64,000 bases of DNA. Source: Escherichia phage DK-13. The position numbers were made by a program, and so were the translations under genes. A model generated the notes under the pieces. That model had not been told where the DNA came from, did no database searches, and saw only the letters and a list, made by a program, of their open reading frames with translations. Shown here one piece after another: positions 19,500-29,579 of this stretch (the stretch's first letter is position 1; each line of letters begins with the position of its first letter). The stretch lies in the sequence record MT611523.1, one strand, 5' to 3'.

Positions 19500-19675
19500 A
19501 ATTTAATTTCCTTAGCTACTGAACAAAATACACCACGGTCACAAATCATTTTAATATTAAGGTCAATTATGGTATACCACACATCCAGGCTAGATATTTC
19601 AGTTACTAGAACAGCTTTGCCGTTGATTGAATAATACTGGTTGACTTTAATTTCTTTATCTTGGATAGTCATTAT

Positions 19676-19745
19676 GTTTTCCTCATCAGTAGTTGATGGG
19701 ATAATGATACATCATTCAAAGGGGCTTGTACACCCCTTTTTTAAT
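19676..19745 (-). promoter_or_regulatory. PeSL-like early promoter cassette (family A) with stem-loop
   Basis: Hairpin AGGGG-CTTGTACA-CCCCT containing a -35-like TGTACA, short inverted repeat AATGAT/ATCATT, conserved leader ATCAACTACTGA..GAGG. Confidence 0.5.
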
Positions 19746-20058
19746 CTTCAATTAAGTCCTGGTCATACCCCAGGGATATCAGTTTTGTTTTAAAGGCAGG
19801 AATATTGGTCATTTTTTCATCATTGACAAAAATCACCGGGTAACGAATGTTAAGGGTAGGATATCCAGCACGCTTAGCCAGAGACACGATTAAAGGCCTG
19901 TCATAAGCGATTTCAGAGCCTTGTTTGTTAAGGACTGAATAGAATGTATAAGGAAGGTTTAAGGAGCCCAGAAGGCTCCTGACGTGCATACAACCAGGGC
20001 ATCGACCGACTTCTTCGGGGATACCATAGATTTCAATCTTAGTCGAGTTTTGGCCCAC
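19741..20058 (-). CDS. nrdH: NrdH-like glutaredoxin/thioredoxin-fold redoxin
   Basis: 105 aa; CPGC redox motif; adjacent to nrdG/nrdD as in T4. Confidence 0.6.
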   Translation of the reverse strand: MGQNSTKIEIYGIPEEVGRCPGCMHVRSLLGSLNLPYTFYSVLNKQGSEIAYDRPLIVSLAKRAGYPTLNIRYPVIFVNDEKMTNIPAFKTKLISLGYDQDLIED

Positions 20059-20338
20059 AGGAAATCACTCCTTGGTAGTTCCAGGTTTTAATAACTTCTT
20101 CATCGCTGGCAGTTGCGTACGGGACATAAACCTGTACAAGAAAACCCGTGTCATCGAAAGAGAAATAAACCGTCGGTTTGATTCCGTGAATCTCTGATAG
20201 AGCATAGATGTCTTTAAGGTCTTCTTCCTTATCGACAAAGAATTCCGGGTTCAGGTCGCAGTCATGGAAGTACCATTCATCGCCGAACTTGTCCCATGCG
20301 GTCCAATTAATAGTTACATATTCTTCAAAACGTTTCAT
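20039..20338 (-). CDS. Hypothetical protein
   Basis: 99 aa ORF between nrdG and nrdH. Confidence 0.45.
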   Translation of the reverse strand: MKRFEEYVTINWTAWDKFGDEWYFHDCDLNPEFFVDKEEDLKDIYALSEIHGIKPTVYFSFDDTGFLVQVYVPYATASDEEVIKTWNYQGVISCGPKLD

Positions 20339-20574
20339 TCTTTCACCTTCATCATTTTAGCAATAACACTATGGACAGCCTGGATTCGTTTGTCGAACTC
20401 AGACCCTTCAAGACCCTTTTCAGTACTCAGGGCACCAATCATCACAAACAGCAATCCAAATGGGATAACCAGGATTAAAAGGCACACAATAAACAGAACA
20501 AATGTAATATTGGCCAGAATATCTGCTGCAGCATTACGAAATTTATACATATTTACCCTTAATTGATTAACCAA
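20335..20574 (-). CDS. Small membrane protein
   Basis: 79 aa with a long hydrophobic segment. Confidence 0.45.
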   Translation of the reverse strand: MVNQLRVNMYKFRNAAADILANITFVLFIVCLLILVIPFGLLFVMIGALSTEKGLEGSEFDKRIQAVHSVIAKMMKVKE

Positions 20575-20664
20575 GCATTGATAAGCACTAAACTATACTG
20601 CGAATAAAATTCTGGACCAAAATGAAAAATCATATCATTTATAGTATCCATAATATAATTAAAT

Positions 20665-21135
20665 TTAATCATGTTTCCACACCCCATTGGTATTTGACCA
20701 AAGTCGCTGATTATCTGACCCTCGCCACAGTTTTTTGGTCGGAAGATTTTTCTCATACTTCCCATCAATAATAACATCAACATATTTAAGCATTTCTAGT
20801 TGTTTAATATCTTCAAACTTATATCCTGTCCACAGCCAAATGTTTTTATTGGGATAAAGATTTTTAATAGTTTGAACCACAGAGTGAATAACATCTCGGT
20901 TATCAGGATAGAGAGGGTCTCCTCCAGTTATAGTTAATCCTTCTATATAATCATTATTCAAACATTCAATTAATTGTTCTAGTGTTTCACCAGTGAATGG
21001 AACACCATTTCTAGCATTCCATGTTGATTTATTATAACACCCTTCGCATTTATGCAAACAACCTGTAACGAAAAGAACGACCCTACATCCAGGGCCATTC
21101 ACAAAATCGCAAGGATAAAATCTATCATAATTCAT
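20665..21135 (-). CDS. nrdG: NrdG anaerobic ribonucleotide reductase activating protein (radical SAM)
   Basis: 156 aa; Cys cluster CLHKCEGC; same size as T4 NrdG; overlaps the nrdD stop. Confidence 0.9.
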   Translation of the reverse strand: MNYDRFYPCDFVNGPGCRVVLFVTGCLHKCEGCYNKSTWNARNGVPFTGETLEQLIECLNNDYIEGLTITGGDPLYPDNRDVIHSVVQTIKNLYPNKNIWLWTGYKFEDIKQLEMLKYVDVIIDGKYEKNLPTKKLWRGSDNQRLWSNTNGVWKHD

Positions 21136-22949
21136 TGGTGTTTAACCCTATGCATGATTTCTTTATTTTTGCCGAGATTAAATCCGCGTTCGTTCGGATT
21201 TCCCAAATAGCCGCATGTTCTTCTTATTGTGTTCATCTTTTTAGGGTCAGTTTCTCCACAAATAGAACAAACAAATCCGTTTTCAGTAGGAGTCATTTCA
21301 TGGGTACTTCCACATGTAAAACATTTATCCACTGGCATATTAACACCAAAATAATCTAAATGCTGTGCAGCATAATCCCATACAGCCTCAAGACCTTTTA
21401 GGTTATTTTTCATATCAGGAAGTTCAACATAAGAAATGTGACCGCCTGTCGCAATGAAATGATATGGGGCTTCACGAGAAATCTTTTCAAACGGGGTAAT
21501 ATTTTTTTCTACTGAAACATGGAAACTGTTAGTGTACCAGCCTTTATCGGTAACATCTTTTACACTTCCATATTTTTCGGTATCAAGTTTACAGAAGCGA
21601 TAGCACAGGTTTTCAGCAGGAGTAGAATACAAACTAAAAGCAAATCCGGTTCTTTCAGTCCACTGCTTAAGACGAGCATTCATTTTAGTCAAAATTTCTT
21701 GCCCAATATCACGACCGGCAAGAATATTCAATTCGTGAATACCGATGTATCCTAGGGACACTGAACTTCTACCGTTTTTAAATAACTCAATTATATCATC
21801 ATCAGGTTTAAGACGAACCCCGAATGCACCTTCTTGGTAAAGAATAGGAGCAACAGTCGCTTTAACTCCTTTTAAGGAACTAATTCTACACATCAAAGCT
21901 TCAAAACATAAATCCATTCGCTCATTGAACAATTCAGTAAATTTCTGTTCATTGAACTGTGTTCCAATATAAGAATCTAACGCAATACGAGGAAGATTCA
22001 GTGTTACAACACCAAGATTATTACGTCCATCAAGAATTTCATTACCAGTCGAATCTTTCCATACGCCCAAGAAACTACGGCAACCCATTGGAGAAACAGG
22101 AATAGATGAACCGGTGATAGCTTTATTGTTCTTAGCCGAAATGATGTCAGGATACATTCTTTTGCTTGCACACTCTAGAGCAAGCTGCTTAATATCATAG
22201 TTCGGGTCGTCTTTATAAAGATTAACACCTTCTTCAACAAACATAACAAGCTTAGGGAAAATAGGAGTTATCCCATCGCGACCGAGACCTTTAATACGAT
22301 TTTTCAGAATTGCTTTCTGAATCATTCGTTCGGTCCAGTCAGTTCCGGTACCAAATGTAATTGTTACAAAAGGCGTTTGTCCGTTTGAACTAAAGAGAGT
22401 ATTTACTTCATATTCATAAGCTTGGAATGCATCATATACGTCTTTTTCTGTTTTAGATTGAGCATAATTCAACGCATCAGTGATTTGCCATTTTTCCGCG
22501 TCCTCAATATGTTTCGCATAGGTACGTTTAACATAAGGAGAAAGTACTTTATCTACATTCGCAAAAGTCGTTCCGCCATATTGATGGGAAGCAACCTGCG
22601 CAGTAATTTGTGCCATAATTGCAGTAGCAACACTGATTGATTTAGGAGTTTCAATCTGTGCATTACCGAGCTTAAACCCGTTCTCAAGCATTCCTTTTAA
22701 ATCTACTAAACAGCAATTAGTAAATGGAAGAGCAGGGGAATAATCAATATCATGGAAATGAATAATTCCGCTTTCATGTGCTTTCATAATAAAAGACGCG
22801 ACCATATTTTTGGCAATGTGTTTAGATACAATACCAGCCATAAGGTCACGTTGAGTTGGAAAAACACGAGAATCTTTATTAGCATTCTCGTTTAAAAGGT
22901 CTTTATTAGTTTTATGAATCAATCCTTCAATTTCGTTTTCAATTGTCAT
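21132..22949 (-). CDS. nrdD: NrdD anaerobic ribonucleoside-triphosphate reductase
   Basis: 605 aa; C-terminal glycyl-radical motif RTCGYLG and Zn-ribbon cysteines; single uninterrupted ORF. Confidence 0.95.
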   Translation of the reverse strand: MTIENEIEGLIHKTNKDLLNENANKDSRVFPTQRDLMAGIVSKHIAKNMVASFIMKAHESGIIHFHDIDYSPALPFTNCCLVDLKGMLENGFKLGNAQIETPKSISVATAIMAQITAQVASHQYGGTTFANVDKVLSPYVKRTYAKHIEDAEKWQITDALNYAQSKTEKDVYDAFQAYEYEVNTLFSSNGQTPFVTITFGTGTDWTERMIQKAILKNRIKGLGRDGITPIFPKLVMFVEEGVNLYKDDPNYDIKQLALECASKRMYPDIISAKNNKAITGSSIPVSPMGCRSFLGVWKDSTGNEILDGRNNLGVVTLNLPRIALDSYIGTQFNEQKFTELFNERMDLCFEALMCRISSLKGVKATVAPILYQEGAFGVRLKPDDDIIELFKNGRSSVSLGYIGIHELNILAGRDIGQEILTKMNARLKQWTERTGFAFSLYSTPAENLCYRFCKLDTEKYGSVKDVTDKGWYTNSFHVSVEKNITPFEKISREAPYHFIATGGHISYVELPDMKNNLKGLEAVWDYAAQHLDYFGVNMPVDKCFTCGSTHEMTPTENGFVCSICGETDPKKMNTIRRTCGYLGNPNERGFNLGKNKEIMHRVKHQ

Positions 22950-23419
22950 TTTAAACTCTTTCTAAGCTGCTTCTTAAATGAAGCCATTAATTGTGTTTTT
23001 GTGTCAGATTCATTATAAGTCATACCGTTCAAAAGCATTTCCCGAATCATTTCTTCTTTCCCCAGACGACCGAACTCTTTGGCTTTGTCTGTTACAAAAT
23101 TGGGGTGAATATTGTTTTCGGTATAATCAGATTTCAGATAGACAAGCAAACTCTCCAACCATTCCAGGTAGTCAACATTGCGACCTTTCAGACCCGAACG
23201 GCTGAACTTATGCTTCATTTGCCCTTCTGTTCCATTGCACAGATTGCATAGTAACCCGCGAACCTTACCAGCTTTTGGCCCGTTCAATTCGTGGTCATGG
23301 TCAAGATGGTTGGCCTGAACATCGGAGTCCAAATCACGGTGGCAAATTGGACACTTACCAGCTTGTGCATCATAAAGTTTTTGTTTTTCTTCTTTGTATA
23401 ATTTGCCAGTCAACAACAT
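22946..23419 (-). CDS. 49: gp49 endonuclease VII (Holliday junction resolvase)
   Basis: 157 aa; CPICHRDLD...HLDHDHELNG...LLCNLCN zinc/HNH-like motifs typical of T4 EndoVII; same length. Confidence 0.9.
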   Translation of the reverse strand: MLLTGKLYKEEKQKLYDAQAGKCPICHRDLDSDVQANHLDHDHELNGPKAGKVRGLLCNLCNGTEGQMKHKFSRSGLKGRNVDYLEWLESLLVYLKSDYTENNIHPNFVTDKAKEFGRLGKEEMIREMLLNGMTYNESDTKTQLMASFKKQLRKSLK

Positions 23420-23454
23420 AATAAACCCTTACCATTATTAGATAAGGGTATTTA

Positions 23455-23640
23455 TTATTTTTCAAATGTGCTATAGAACGAACGATGCAACCGTTTAAAT
23501 TGACGAATCATCTTTTTGGTAGGACGAGTATACAATCCCACACAGGTGGCCATAAACTGGTCAGTAGGACTTCCTTTAATAAGAAGTTTCCAGACCTTGT
23601 CACCGTTTAACTTTTCGGTATAGACTAATTTAGTTTTCAT
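23455..23640 (-). CDS. Hypothetical protein
   Basis: 61 aa basic ORF. Confidence 0.4.
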   Translation of the reverse strand: MKTKLVYTEKLNGDKVWKLLIKGSPTDQFMATCVGLYTRPTKKMIRQFKRLHRSFYSTFEK

Positions 23641-23939
23641 ACAGCCTCAAATTCATTATCATCGTTAGTCCAAAAACACCAGAATGCAGATTTGGTGCCT
23701 TCATACATTTCTTTGGTGTATTCATATACCTTACCATTGAACTCAATAGCAGTCACACCAATGATTTCAGGATTGCCCCAGGGAGAAATCTCCACCTTCA
23801 AGATTTTAACTTTTGCACCTTCACAGAGCTTACCAGATTCAAAACCGCGATTTCCGTTTAATTCAGGCCAGTCAACATAATGGTCAACGGTTTCTTCAGT
23901 AATACGAACAGTTTTACCTTCAAATTCAAATAAATTCAT
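23637..23939 (-). CDS. Hypothetical protein
   Basis: 100 aa ORF. Confidence 0.45.
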   Translation of the reverse strand: MNLFEFEGKTVRITEETVDHYVDWPELNGNRGFESGKLCEGAKVKILKVEISPWGNPEIIGVTAIEFNGKVYEYTKEMYEGTKSAFWCFWTNDDNEFEAV

Positions 23940-24112
23940 CAGAATGCCTCATCAGAAAAGCGGAGTTGAGCTTCAAGCCAATGAATGTAGTCAGCTGCAG
24001 CAAAAATTAAAGCAGATTCTTCATCGGGTAACTTATGAGAATCTGACAATTCGTAAAGTGAATGCTCAATCAGACGGCCTTTGTGACGGCCAACTTCAAT
24101 TTTGGTACTCAT
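23939..24112 (-). CDS. Small hypothetical protein (57 aa)
   Basis: Hand-translated ORF MSTKIEVGRHKGRLIEHSLYELSDSHKLPDEES...; stop overlaps the start of the downstream gene. Confidence 0.3.
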   Translation of the reverse strand: MSTKIEVGRHKGRLIEHSLYELSDSHKLPDEESALIFAAADYIHWLEAQLRFSDEAF

Positions 24113-24228
24113 ATCCAAACTCCATATCGATTAACTCATTGTTTGAAGGTTCATTATAATCTATTTCGGAATCGTTGTAAACAGGTTCCTCTGGCTCGAC
24201 AGTTTCAAATCTACATACAAACCAAGGT

Positions 24229-24999
24229 TTATTCATTATTCTTTTTCCTAGCATCAGAAGCAGCTTTTCTTCTAGTTCTAGTCCTTTCTAAATCAGCAGC
24301 AATCAAATTAGCTATATTAGTAACCGGATTACCAAATTCATCATAAGTAATATATTTCCAAGCATATCCAAATGTATGATTTCTCTCATTAAGCAGGCAC
24401 CTTTTAATAGCGCTGCCTGCTTTATAAATTGAAAGAAATTTAGCTGCATCTGGTAAATAATCAAAAGTTTCTACCAATTCACCTGAACTTAAATCAAATG
24501 CACCAAAAAGCTCAATAGTGTATTTACTCCTATCAAGACTGGCTTTAGCTTCATGCTTTAAGTGGTTTATTTCTTTTAGAATTTTAAGGTCTAATTGTCC
24601 TGGTATTTTATCTATCTGTACACCCATTCTAGATAAAGCATACCCCATTTTATAGTTTCCTGATTTGGCCAACCAATAGTGAGCCATAATATGGCTTTCT
24701 ATACTTAGATTTACAAGATTCCATTTAGACGTTTTAAATTCAGGAAATAAGGATTTAGGTAATATATGGTGAGACTCGGTTTTACCTTTTATTAAAGGCC
24801 CGGAAGACTCTATTAAAGAGAAATAGTTTTCAGCAAATTGCCAATAAGGCAATTTGCTTTTAAGAAGTTCTTTAATTTCGTCTAAGGTTTTAGTAGGCTT
24901 AACGGTCACTCCAATAGCTTGATACTTCAAAATCAGGCTCGCCGTCGTCCCAGTACCAGGGACCCACCGGATGCCAATCGCCATGCTTATCTTCTTCAT
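24229..24999 (-). CDS. Free-standing HNH homing endonuclease with C-terminal DNA-binding module
   Basis: HNH motif ESHHILPKSLF...WNLVNLSIESHIMAHYWL; C-terminal region resembles homing-endonuclease DNA-binding modules; inserted between 49 and nrdC; start uncertain. Confidence 0.7.
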   Translation of the reverse strand: MKKISMAIGIRWVPGTGTTASLILKYQAIGVTVKPTKTLDEIKELLKSKLPYWQFAENYFSLIESSGPLIKGKTESHHILPKSLFPEFKTSKWNLVNLSIESHIMAHYWLAKSGNYKMGYALSRMGVQIDKIPGQLDLKILKEINHLKHEAKASLDRSKYTIELFGAFDLSSGELVETFDYLPDAAKFLSIYKAGSAIKRCLLNERNHTFGYAWKYITYDEFGNPVTNIANLIAADLERTRTRRKAASDARKKNNE

Positions 25000-25207
25000 A
25001 TTCTATAGATTCAAGCCCAACGTATTGCCATTGGACTTCATAAGCAGTGCCCCCGATTACAACAGTGTTCTCACCATACGGGTTAGCCACAGCAAAGTCA
25101 ATACCTTCTTCCTTTGCCAGGGCTACCATGTATTCATAGAGTTTATATTCCAGGTCGTCTTCGTTGCCGTCACCCAGATAAATTGTTTGTCCGTCTAATT
25201 CACTCAT
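24899..25207 (-). CDS. Hypothetical acidic protein
   Basis: 102 aa, Asp/Glu/Trp-rich; 3' end overlaps the HNH ORF. Confidence 0.4.
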   Translation of the reverse strand: MSELDGQTIYLGDGNEDDLEYKLYEYMVALAKEEGIDFAVANPYGENTVVIGGTAYEVQWQYVGLESIEYEEDKHGDWHPVGPWYWDDGEPDFEVSSYWSDR

Positions 25208-25393
25208 AATTCCACCATAAATTCGTCAATCATTTAAAGTTCCAGAATGAAGCACCGACCAGAAATAAAGGCCAACAAATCATAGACGTCAGCCACCAAC
25301 AAAAATCACCTGCACCGAAATCATCTAATTTAGCTAGGGTCTTAGCATAACCAATACCGATGATAAGATACAAAATACCCAACAATAATTCAA

Positions 25394-25657
25394 TCATTTA
25401 AAATATTCTCGCAGTTGGTCAAAGCCACCAATATGACTTCCATCAGGGGCAAATACTTGCGGCATGGTCAAACCAATTTGGGATTCGCGACCAAGCGCAA
25501 CCAGGAGTTGAGCAATCTTCTCATCATCAAACACACCTTTTTCCGGCATAACATTGATGAACTCGTAAGGTTGTTTTTTAACGTCAAGTAAACGTTTTGC
25601 ATTGTCGCAGAAAACGCAACGATGAATGTTTGAATCGTAACCATATACTTTAAACAT
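25394..25657 (-). CDS. nrdC: NrdC thioredoxin
   Basis: 87 aa; near-colinear with T4 thioredoxin ([22 protein letters not shown]...[26 protein letters not shown]). Confidence 0.92.
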   Translation of the reverse strand: MFKVYGYDSNIHRCVFCDNAKRLLDVKKQPYEFINVMPEKGVFDDEKIAQLLVALGRESQIGLTMPQVFAPDGSHIGGFDQLREYFK

Positions 25658-25895
25658 CTTGAATTCCTAATACTTGTTTGAATACTTCAGAGCGGTCGAG
25701 CTCTGTTCCGGTTTCTTTAAGATGTGCATTTCTGATATCATGCACTTCAGTAAGGATATTATTATACGAACGAGTTAAAGCAGATTTCAATACCGAATAA
25801 CTATCCGGAAATTTACCATGTTCTTTATAATAGGCCAGAGTTAATTCACGGACCACCCTTTCAGCGGTCTCAACATATTCTTTACGCTTTGCCAT
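25650..25895 (-). CDS. Hypothetical protein (nrdC.x)
   Basis: 81 aa ORF. Confidence 0.45.
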   Translation of the reverse strand: MAKRKEYVETAERVVRELTLAYYKEHGKFPDSYSVLKSALTRSYNNILTEVHDIRNAHLKETGTELDRSEVFKQVLGIQDV

Positions 25896-26208
25896 TATCT
25901 ACAATCTCATTATAAGCGGTATGGGCTGCTATTACAATACGCTCTTCTGGCGGTAAGTTTGTATTTGGCTGGTTCAATAAAGCCGAATTGGCGCAGATTT
26001 TAAAAACAGTAATGTCATAATCAATTGAAGCTTGAATATTACGATGGATGGAATCTATACTAACTGTTGTACCGCAATCTTCAACGTATTGGAGACATAT
26101 TCGGGTCGTTAATTCCTGAAGTTCTTTAAACAAGCCTTTCATCTCATCAGTCTCAATGATATTTTGACTTTTAAATGGGTTTAAATTATTCATTTTCTTC
26201 TCGCTCAA
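25882..26208 (-). CDS. Hypothetical protein (nrdC.x)
   Basis: 108 aa ORF. Confidence 0.45.
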   Translation of the reverse strand: MSEKKMNNLNPFKSQNIIETDEMKGLFKELQELTTRICLQYVEDCGTTVSIDSIHRNIQASIDYDITVFKICANSALLNQPNTNLPPEERIVIAAHTAYNEIVDNGKA

Positions 26209-26524
26209 ATCGGTGTTTACAATGTCTGCATTTATAACGAAGATTACTAGTCTGCCAATGGACTAACTGGACCTGCTCAGTTCCACATTCTGGACAGTTT
26301 GGAATACGCTTAGAAGCACGTTCACGGCGTCGAACCATAGTCATTACCATATCCCAATCAGTAACCTGACTATAATCGTCACAGCCATGAATCTTTCCCA
26401 ACTGCACAAGGTCAGCACCCTCAGCGTTTTCAATAAATTTTAAAAGACCTTTATTAACCCCCGCAGCGGGGGTCCATTCTGGAAATGCAGTTTCTGCAAT
26501 ATCTTCAGCTAAACGTTGTTTCAT
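26186..26524 (-). CDS. Zinc-ribbon protein
   Basis: 112 aa; C-terminal CPECG...CRHCKH four-Cys ribbon. Confidence 0.45.
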   Translation of the reverse strand: MKQRLAEDIAETAFPEWTPAAGVNKGLLKFIENAEGADLVQLGKIHGCDDYSQVTDWDMVMTMVRRRERASKRIPNCPECGTEQVQLVHWQTSNLRYKCRHCKHRFEREENE

Positions 26525-27510
26525 TTCAGCAGCTCCAGAGCCTGTTCCAGTTTATCCAGACGATTAGTTGATTCTTCCCAAAGTCGCTTGGCTTTGGTAT
26601 AGTCTTCAGTTGCCTTTTTATTAACAGCAAGAGCTTTATTATACGCCATTTCCAGAGCAACAATTTCAGGCGCTTTTTGTTCCACTGGCTCATTATTCAG
26701 ATTATCAATCAGGTCTTCAAGGGTGGTTTCTTGTGGTGCATTCATAATTTCCTCACTTTTCTTTTTATAAATTTCTGCAACAGTTGGTTGTTTTGCACAT
26801 TTAACTTCATGCAATGTCGTCACAATTTTCCAACCTTTCCAACCATGAGTACTGGTGATAGGGTCTACTTTAATTTTTTCAACAGTACGCATATAGTTAA
26901 GGGCACACTGCAGCTGATGAGTAAGAACGCATGCAACGTCAAGATACTTTTTGACATTTTCTGGAGTAGCCACTGGTGTAAAGAACTCATACTTAACTGT
27001 AATAATTACCTGGTTTTCACCAGACTCTTTAACATTTATCATGTGCCCAGCCAGATGGGAGATAGTGCGATAATCGCCACCCATCAATTTTGTCGCTGAT
27101 TTGATGATAGACATTTTGTTATCTCTGAATTCACGAGCCCAACAATTTGCGAATTCAGAAGCAGTATAGCCTTGTTTATCAAGATAGTATTTTTCAACAT
27201 CGCCAAACCAATGATATCCAATTGTACCTTTACCACGTCTGGATTCAACACCAAACTTGTTAAGAATGTCTTTATTAACCAGGTATGCCAGGACTCGGGA
27301 ACTTTTAAAAGTTTTCTTGATATCATCGTTACCAGCACGACTCGCAATAGTTGCAATGTCTTTCTTGAAGCGGCCAGATGCAACAATCGTCGAGTCAATC
27401 TGATTTAACCAATAATTGATAATTAAAAGGATAGCCGATTCGCCTATCAATGGTTTTACTTTTGTGTCGATAGTTGCGTTAAAGGCCTGGATATATTCGT
27501 TACGTGTCAT
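26521..27510 (-). CDS. Hypothetical protein with C-terminal coiled coil
   Basis: 329 aa; heptad-rich C-terminus ending LDKLEQALELLK. Confidence 0.5.
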   Translation of the reverse strand: MTRNEYIQAFNATIDTKVKPLIGESAILLIINYWLNQIDSTIVASGRFKKDIATIASRAGNDDIKKTFKSSRVLAYLVNKDILNKFGVESRRGKGTIGYHWFGDVEKYYLDKQGYTASEFANCWAREFRDNKMSIIKSATKLMGGDYRTISHLAGHMINVKESGENQVIITVKYEFFTPVATPENVKKYLDVACVLTHQLQCALNYMRTVEKIKVDPITSTHGWKGWKIVTTLHEVKCAKQPTVAEIYKKKSEEIMNAPQETTLEDLIDNLNNEPVEQKAPEIVALEMAYNKALAVNKKATEDYTKAKRLWEESTNRLDKLEQALELLK

Positions 27511-27568
27511 AGTGTTCTCCTCATAAAGTAGGAATTCATTATACTCCCTCCATCCTTGGAAGTAAACA

Positions 27569-28468
27569 TTATTTTAATGCTTTGATTGCAGCTTGCAATT
27601 TATTGCGTTGTTTTTCCATGTTCTTGATGCGATTCAGAACATCCTGGATACCCTTTTTCTCATCTTCAATCAGACCATTTAAACGGTTGACTGATTCCTG
27701 GATAGCATCAGCATGATGTTTCTCAATAGGCTTCATTGACGGGTTAAAGCTAGCCGATTGGTCTTTCCATTGGTACATATTTTTAACGCCCAGCGGTGAA
27801 ATAGGCTGTGTTTTATATTGTCCTGCAAATGCTGGACCATATTCTGCAGTAGGGATACGTTCTGCCATTTCTGGTTCCTTTTTCTCTTGATAAGGAGCAT
27901 AAGACAAAAGATATTCCTTTGTCAGTTTAATATCGATAGTTACGGTTTTAAGGAATTTTTCCGTTTGGTGGATATAATTGGTATCTTCATCAAACGTGTA
28001 CGATTCAACAGCATGGCGCATATAAAGCAGCGCAATACCCATAACCTCTTTAAAGTTATGACAAAGAGCAACATCGCCCTTGGTGGTTGGTTTGAACTTA
28101 ATCTGTACACCATCATTCTTGATATTGATAATCAAGTTGTCAGAGTTAAAATTATAGTTCTTGATGTTAACCGGAGCTTTACGAATACGAAATCCGCCGG
28201 CCAGAATTTCCTTGATACTCTTACGAACCGTGGCACCAAACAAAAACGCTGGGCGGCGGCAGTAATCATTCAGAGAGTTAATTCTTACAATACGTTGACC
28301 ATACCCCTGGGTAGCAGAACCTGATTTGATTTTGCCAAAGTTAACCAAAGAATTCATTGCGATAAGACGAGTCACACGACCGTCATGTGGTTCATAACTA
28401 CTAGCATATTCAGCGCGAGTTTTAATTTTCATATCATAGTCCAAATAATTTTTCATAGAATTTAGCAA
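27569..28468 (-). CDS. Hypothetical protein with C-terminal coiled coil
   Basis: 299 aa; C-terminus ending KLQAAIKALK. Confidence 0.5.
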   Translation of the reverse strand: MLNSMKNYLDYDMKIKTRAEYASSYEPHDGRVTRLIAMNSLVNFGKIKSGSATQGYGQRIVRINSLNDYCRRPAFLFGATVRKSIKEILAGGFRIRKAPVNIKNYNFNSDNLIINIKNDGVQIKFKPTTKGDVALCHNFKEVMGIALLYMRHAVESYTFDEDTNYIHQTEKFLKTVTIDIKLTKEYLLSYAPYQEKKEPEMAERIPTAEYGPAFAGQYKTQPISPLGVKNMYQWKDQSASFNPSMKPIEKHHADAIQESVNRLNGLIEDEKKGIQDVLNRIKNMEKQRNKLQAAIKALK

Positions 28469-28649
28469 TAGGCCAAAACACCATCATAATTGCCCAAACA
28501 AACCAAAGCAGAGGCCATACTAGTGTAATGAATACTGCGTCATAGCTTGATTCAATTTCGATTGGATTCCAATCACCCGATTTATGAATGATAATGGTCG
28601 TTATGAATCCTAGCACAAAATAAAGGAGAATAAAACCTACTATTTCCAT
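28434..28649 (-). CDS. Small membrane protein
   Basis: 71 aa, two hydrophobic helices. Confidence 0.45.
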   Translation of the reverse strand: MEIVGFILLYFVLGFITTIIIHKSGDWNPIEIESSYDAVFITLVWPLLWFVWAIMMVFWPIAKFYEKLFGL

Positions 28650-28733
28650 ATTAACCTACAATATTTGAGAATATCAGCCACAGAATACCTGTGGCAACGA
28701 TTACATAACCAAGAACAGCAAGCCATTCCATTA

Positions 28734-29579
28734 TTAATCCTTAAGCAATTCAATGACGTTCATCAGTTTCTGACGTTCAGCTTTCGCTGCACTGTTCAAC
28801 CCTGACAGGCGGAAAATTTCATCATCTTGTTGCTGGATGGTGATGTTAAGTTCTTCAATCTGTTTAGTGAAAAGCTCAATTTGCTCTGAATATTTTTCAT
28901 TGCTTCGCACTGGAACAGGTTCCATTTTAGGAGCTTGTTCTGAAGGACTGACTTCAACTTGGTCTTTAATTTGACATAATTTAATACGCTGGACGCCTCC
29001 AGTTTTAACATCATAAAAGGTAAGAACACCATGGCATTCCAGTACAGACAACGCCAAACGAAGATGGAATTTCCAGTTTTCGTATTGACATCCACTAAAA
29101 GAAGAAATACTGTATTCACCTTCATTTTGACCTTTAATAACATTAAATAGTTTATAATCTAAAGAATTATTGGTTTTAAAGGTCATTTGTTTATCTTGAC
29201 CACTTGCAAGACGCGCGCCAAGCGCCAGTAAACGACGTTGGTTCTTCCAAAGGTCTTTGACCACTTCATCAAATGTCATGGTGCTAATCGCACGACCATA
29301 AAGGTCATAGCCTTTGTTATAATTTTTAAGTAGAATTTTAGCATTAGCACGAGACAACATACCTGAACGATGAAGAGATTTCATGACTCGGTCTTCTAAT
29401 GTAAGCAATCCTGTTGTTTTATTAAAGATTTTAGTGAATTCAGCAGAATTAGTACAAACATTGAACTTATCCCACATCATATATAGAACCTTTAAAACCA
29501 CATCTTTAGTACTTGGAATACTGTTAAATTTAACAACTTTTTTAACTTCAGAACGAATTTCATTAATTGCTTGCGACAT
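28734..29579 (-). CDS. Hypothetical protein with C-terminal coiled coil
   Basis: 281 aa; C-terminus ending KLMNVIELLKD. Confidence 0.5.
   Translation of the reverse strand: MSQAINEIRSEVKKVVKFNSIPSTKDVVLKVLYMMWDKFNVCTNSAEFTKIFNKTTGLLTLEDRVMKSLHRSGMLSRANAKILLKNYNKGYDLYGRAISTMTFDEVVKDLWKNQRRLLALGARLASGQDKQMTFKTNNSLDYKLFNVIKGQNEGEYSISSFSGCQYENWKFHLRLALSVLECHGVLTFYDVKTGGVQRIKLCQIKDQVEVSPSEQAPKMEPVPVRSNEKYSEQIELFTKQIEELNITIQQQDDEIFRLSGLNSAAKAERQKLMNVIELLKD

Noticed and set aside
19717-19741. Hairpin after nrdH as a stand-alone terminator
   Set aside because: On the transcribed minus strand it is followed by only a short T stretch and overlaps the -35 region of the next promoter cassette; treated as part of that cassette.
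20559-20783. 74 aa minus-strand ORF
   Set aside because: Overlaps the 3' third of nrdG in another frame; nrdG length matches T4 exactly, so this is likely spurious.
27818-28324. 168 aa plus-strand ORF
   Set aside because: Embedded antisense in the 299 aa minus-strand gene; the minus-strand array has tight overlapping start/stop spacing that this ORF would disrupt.
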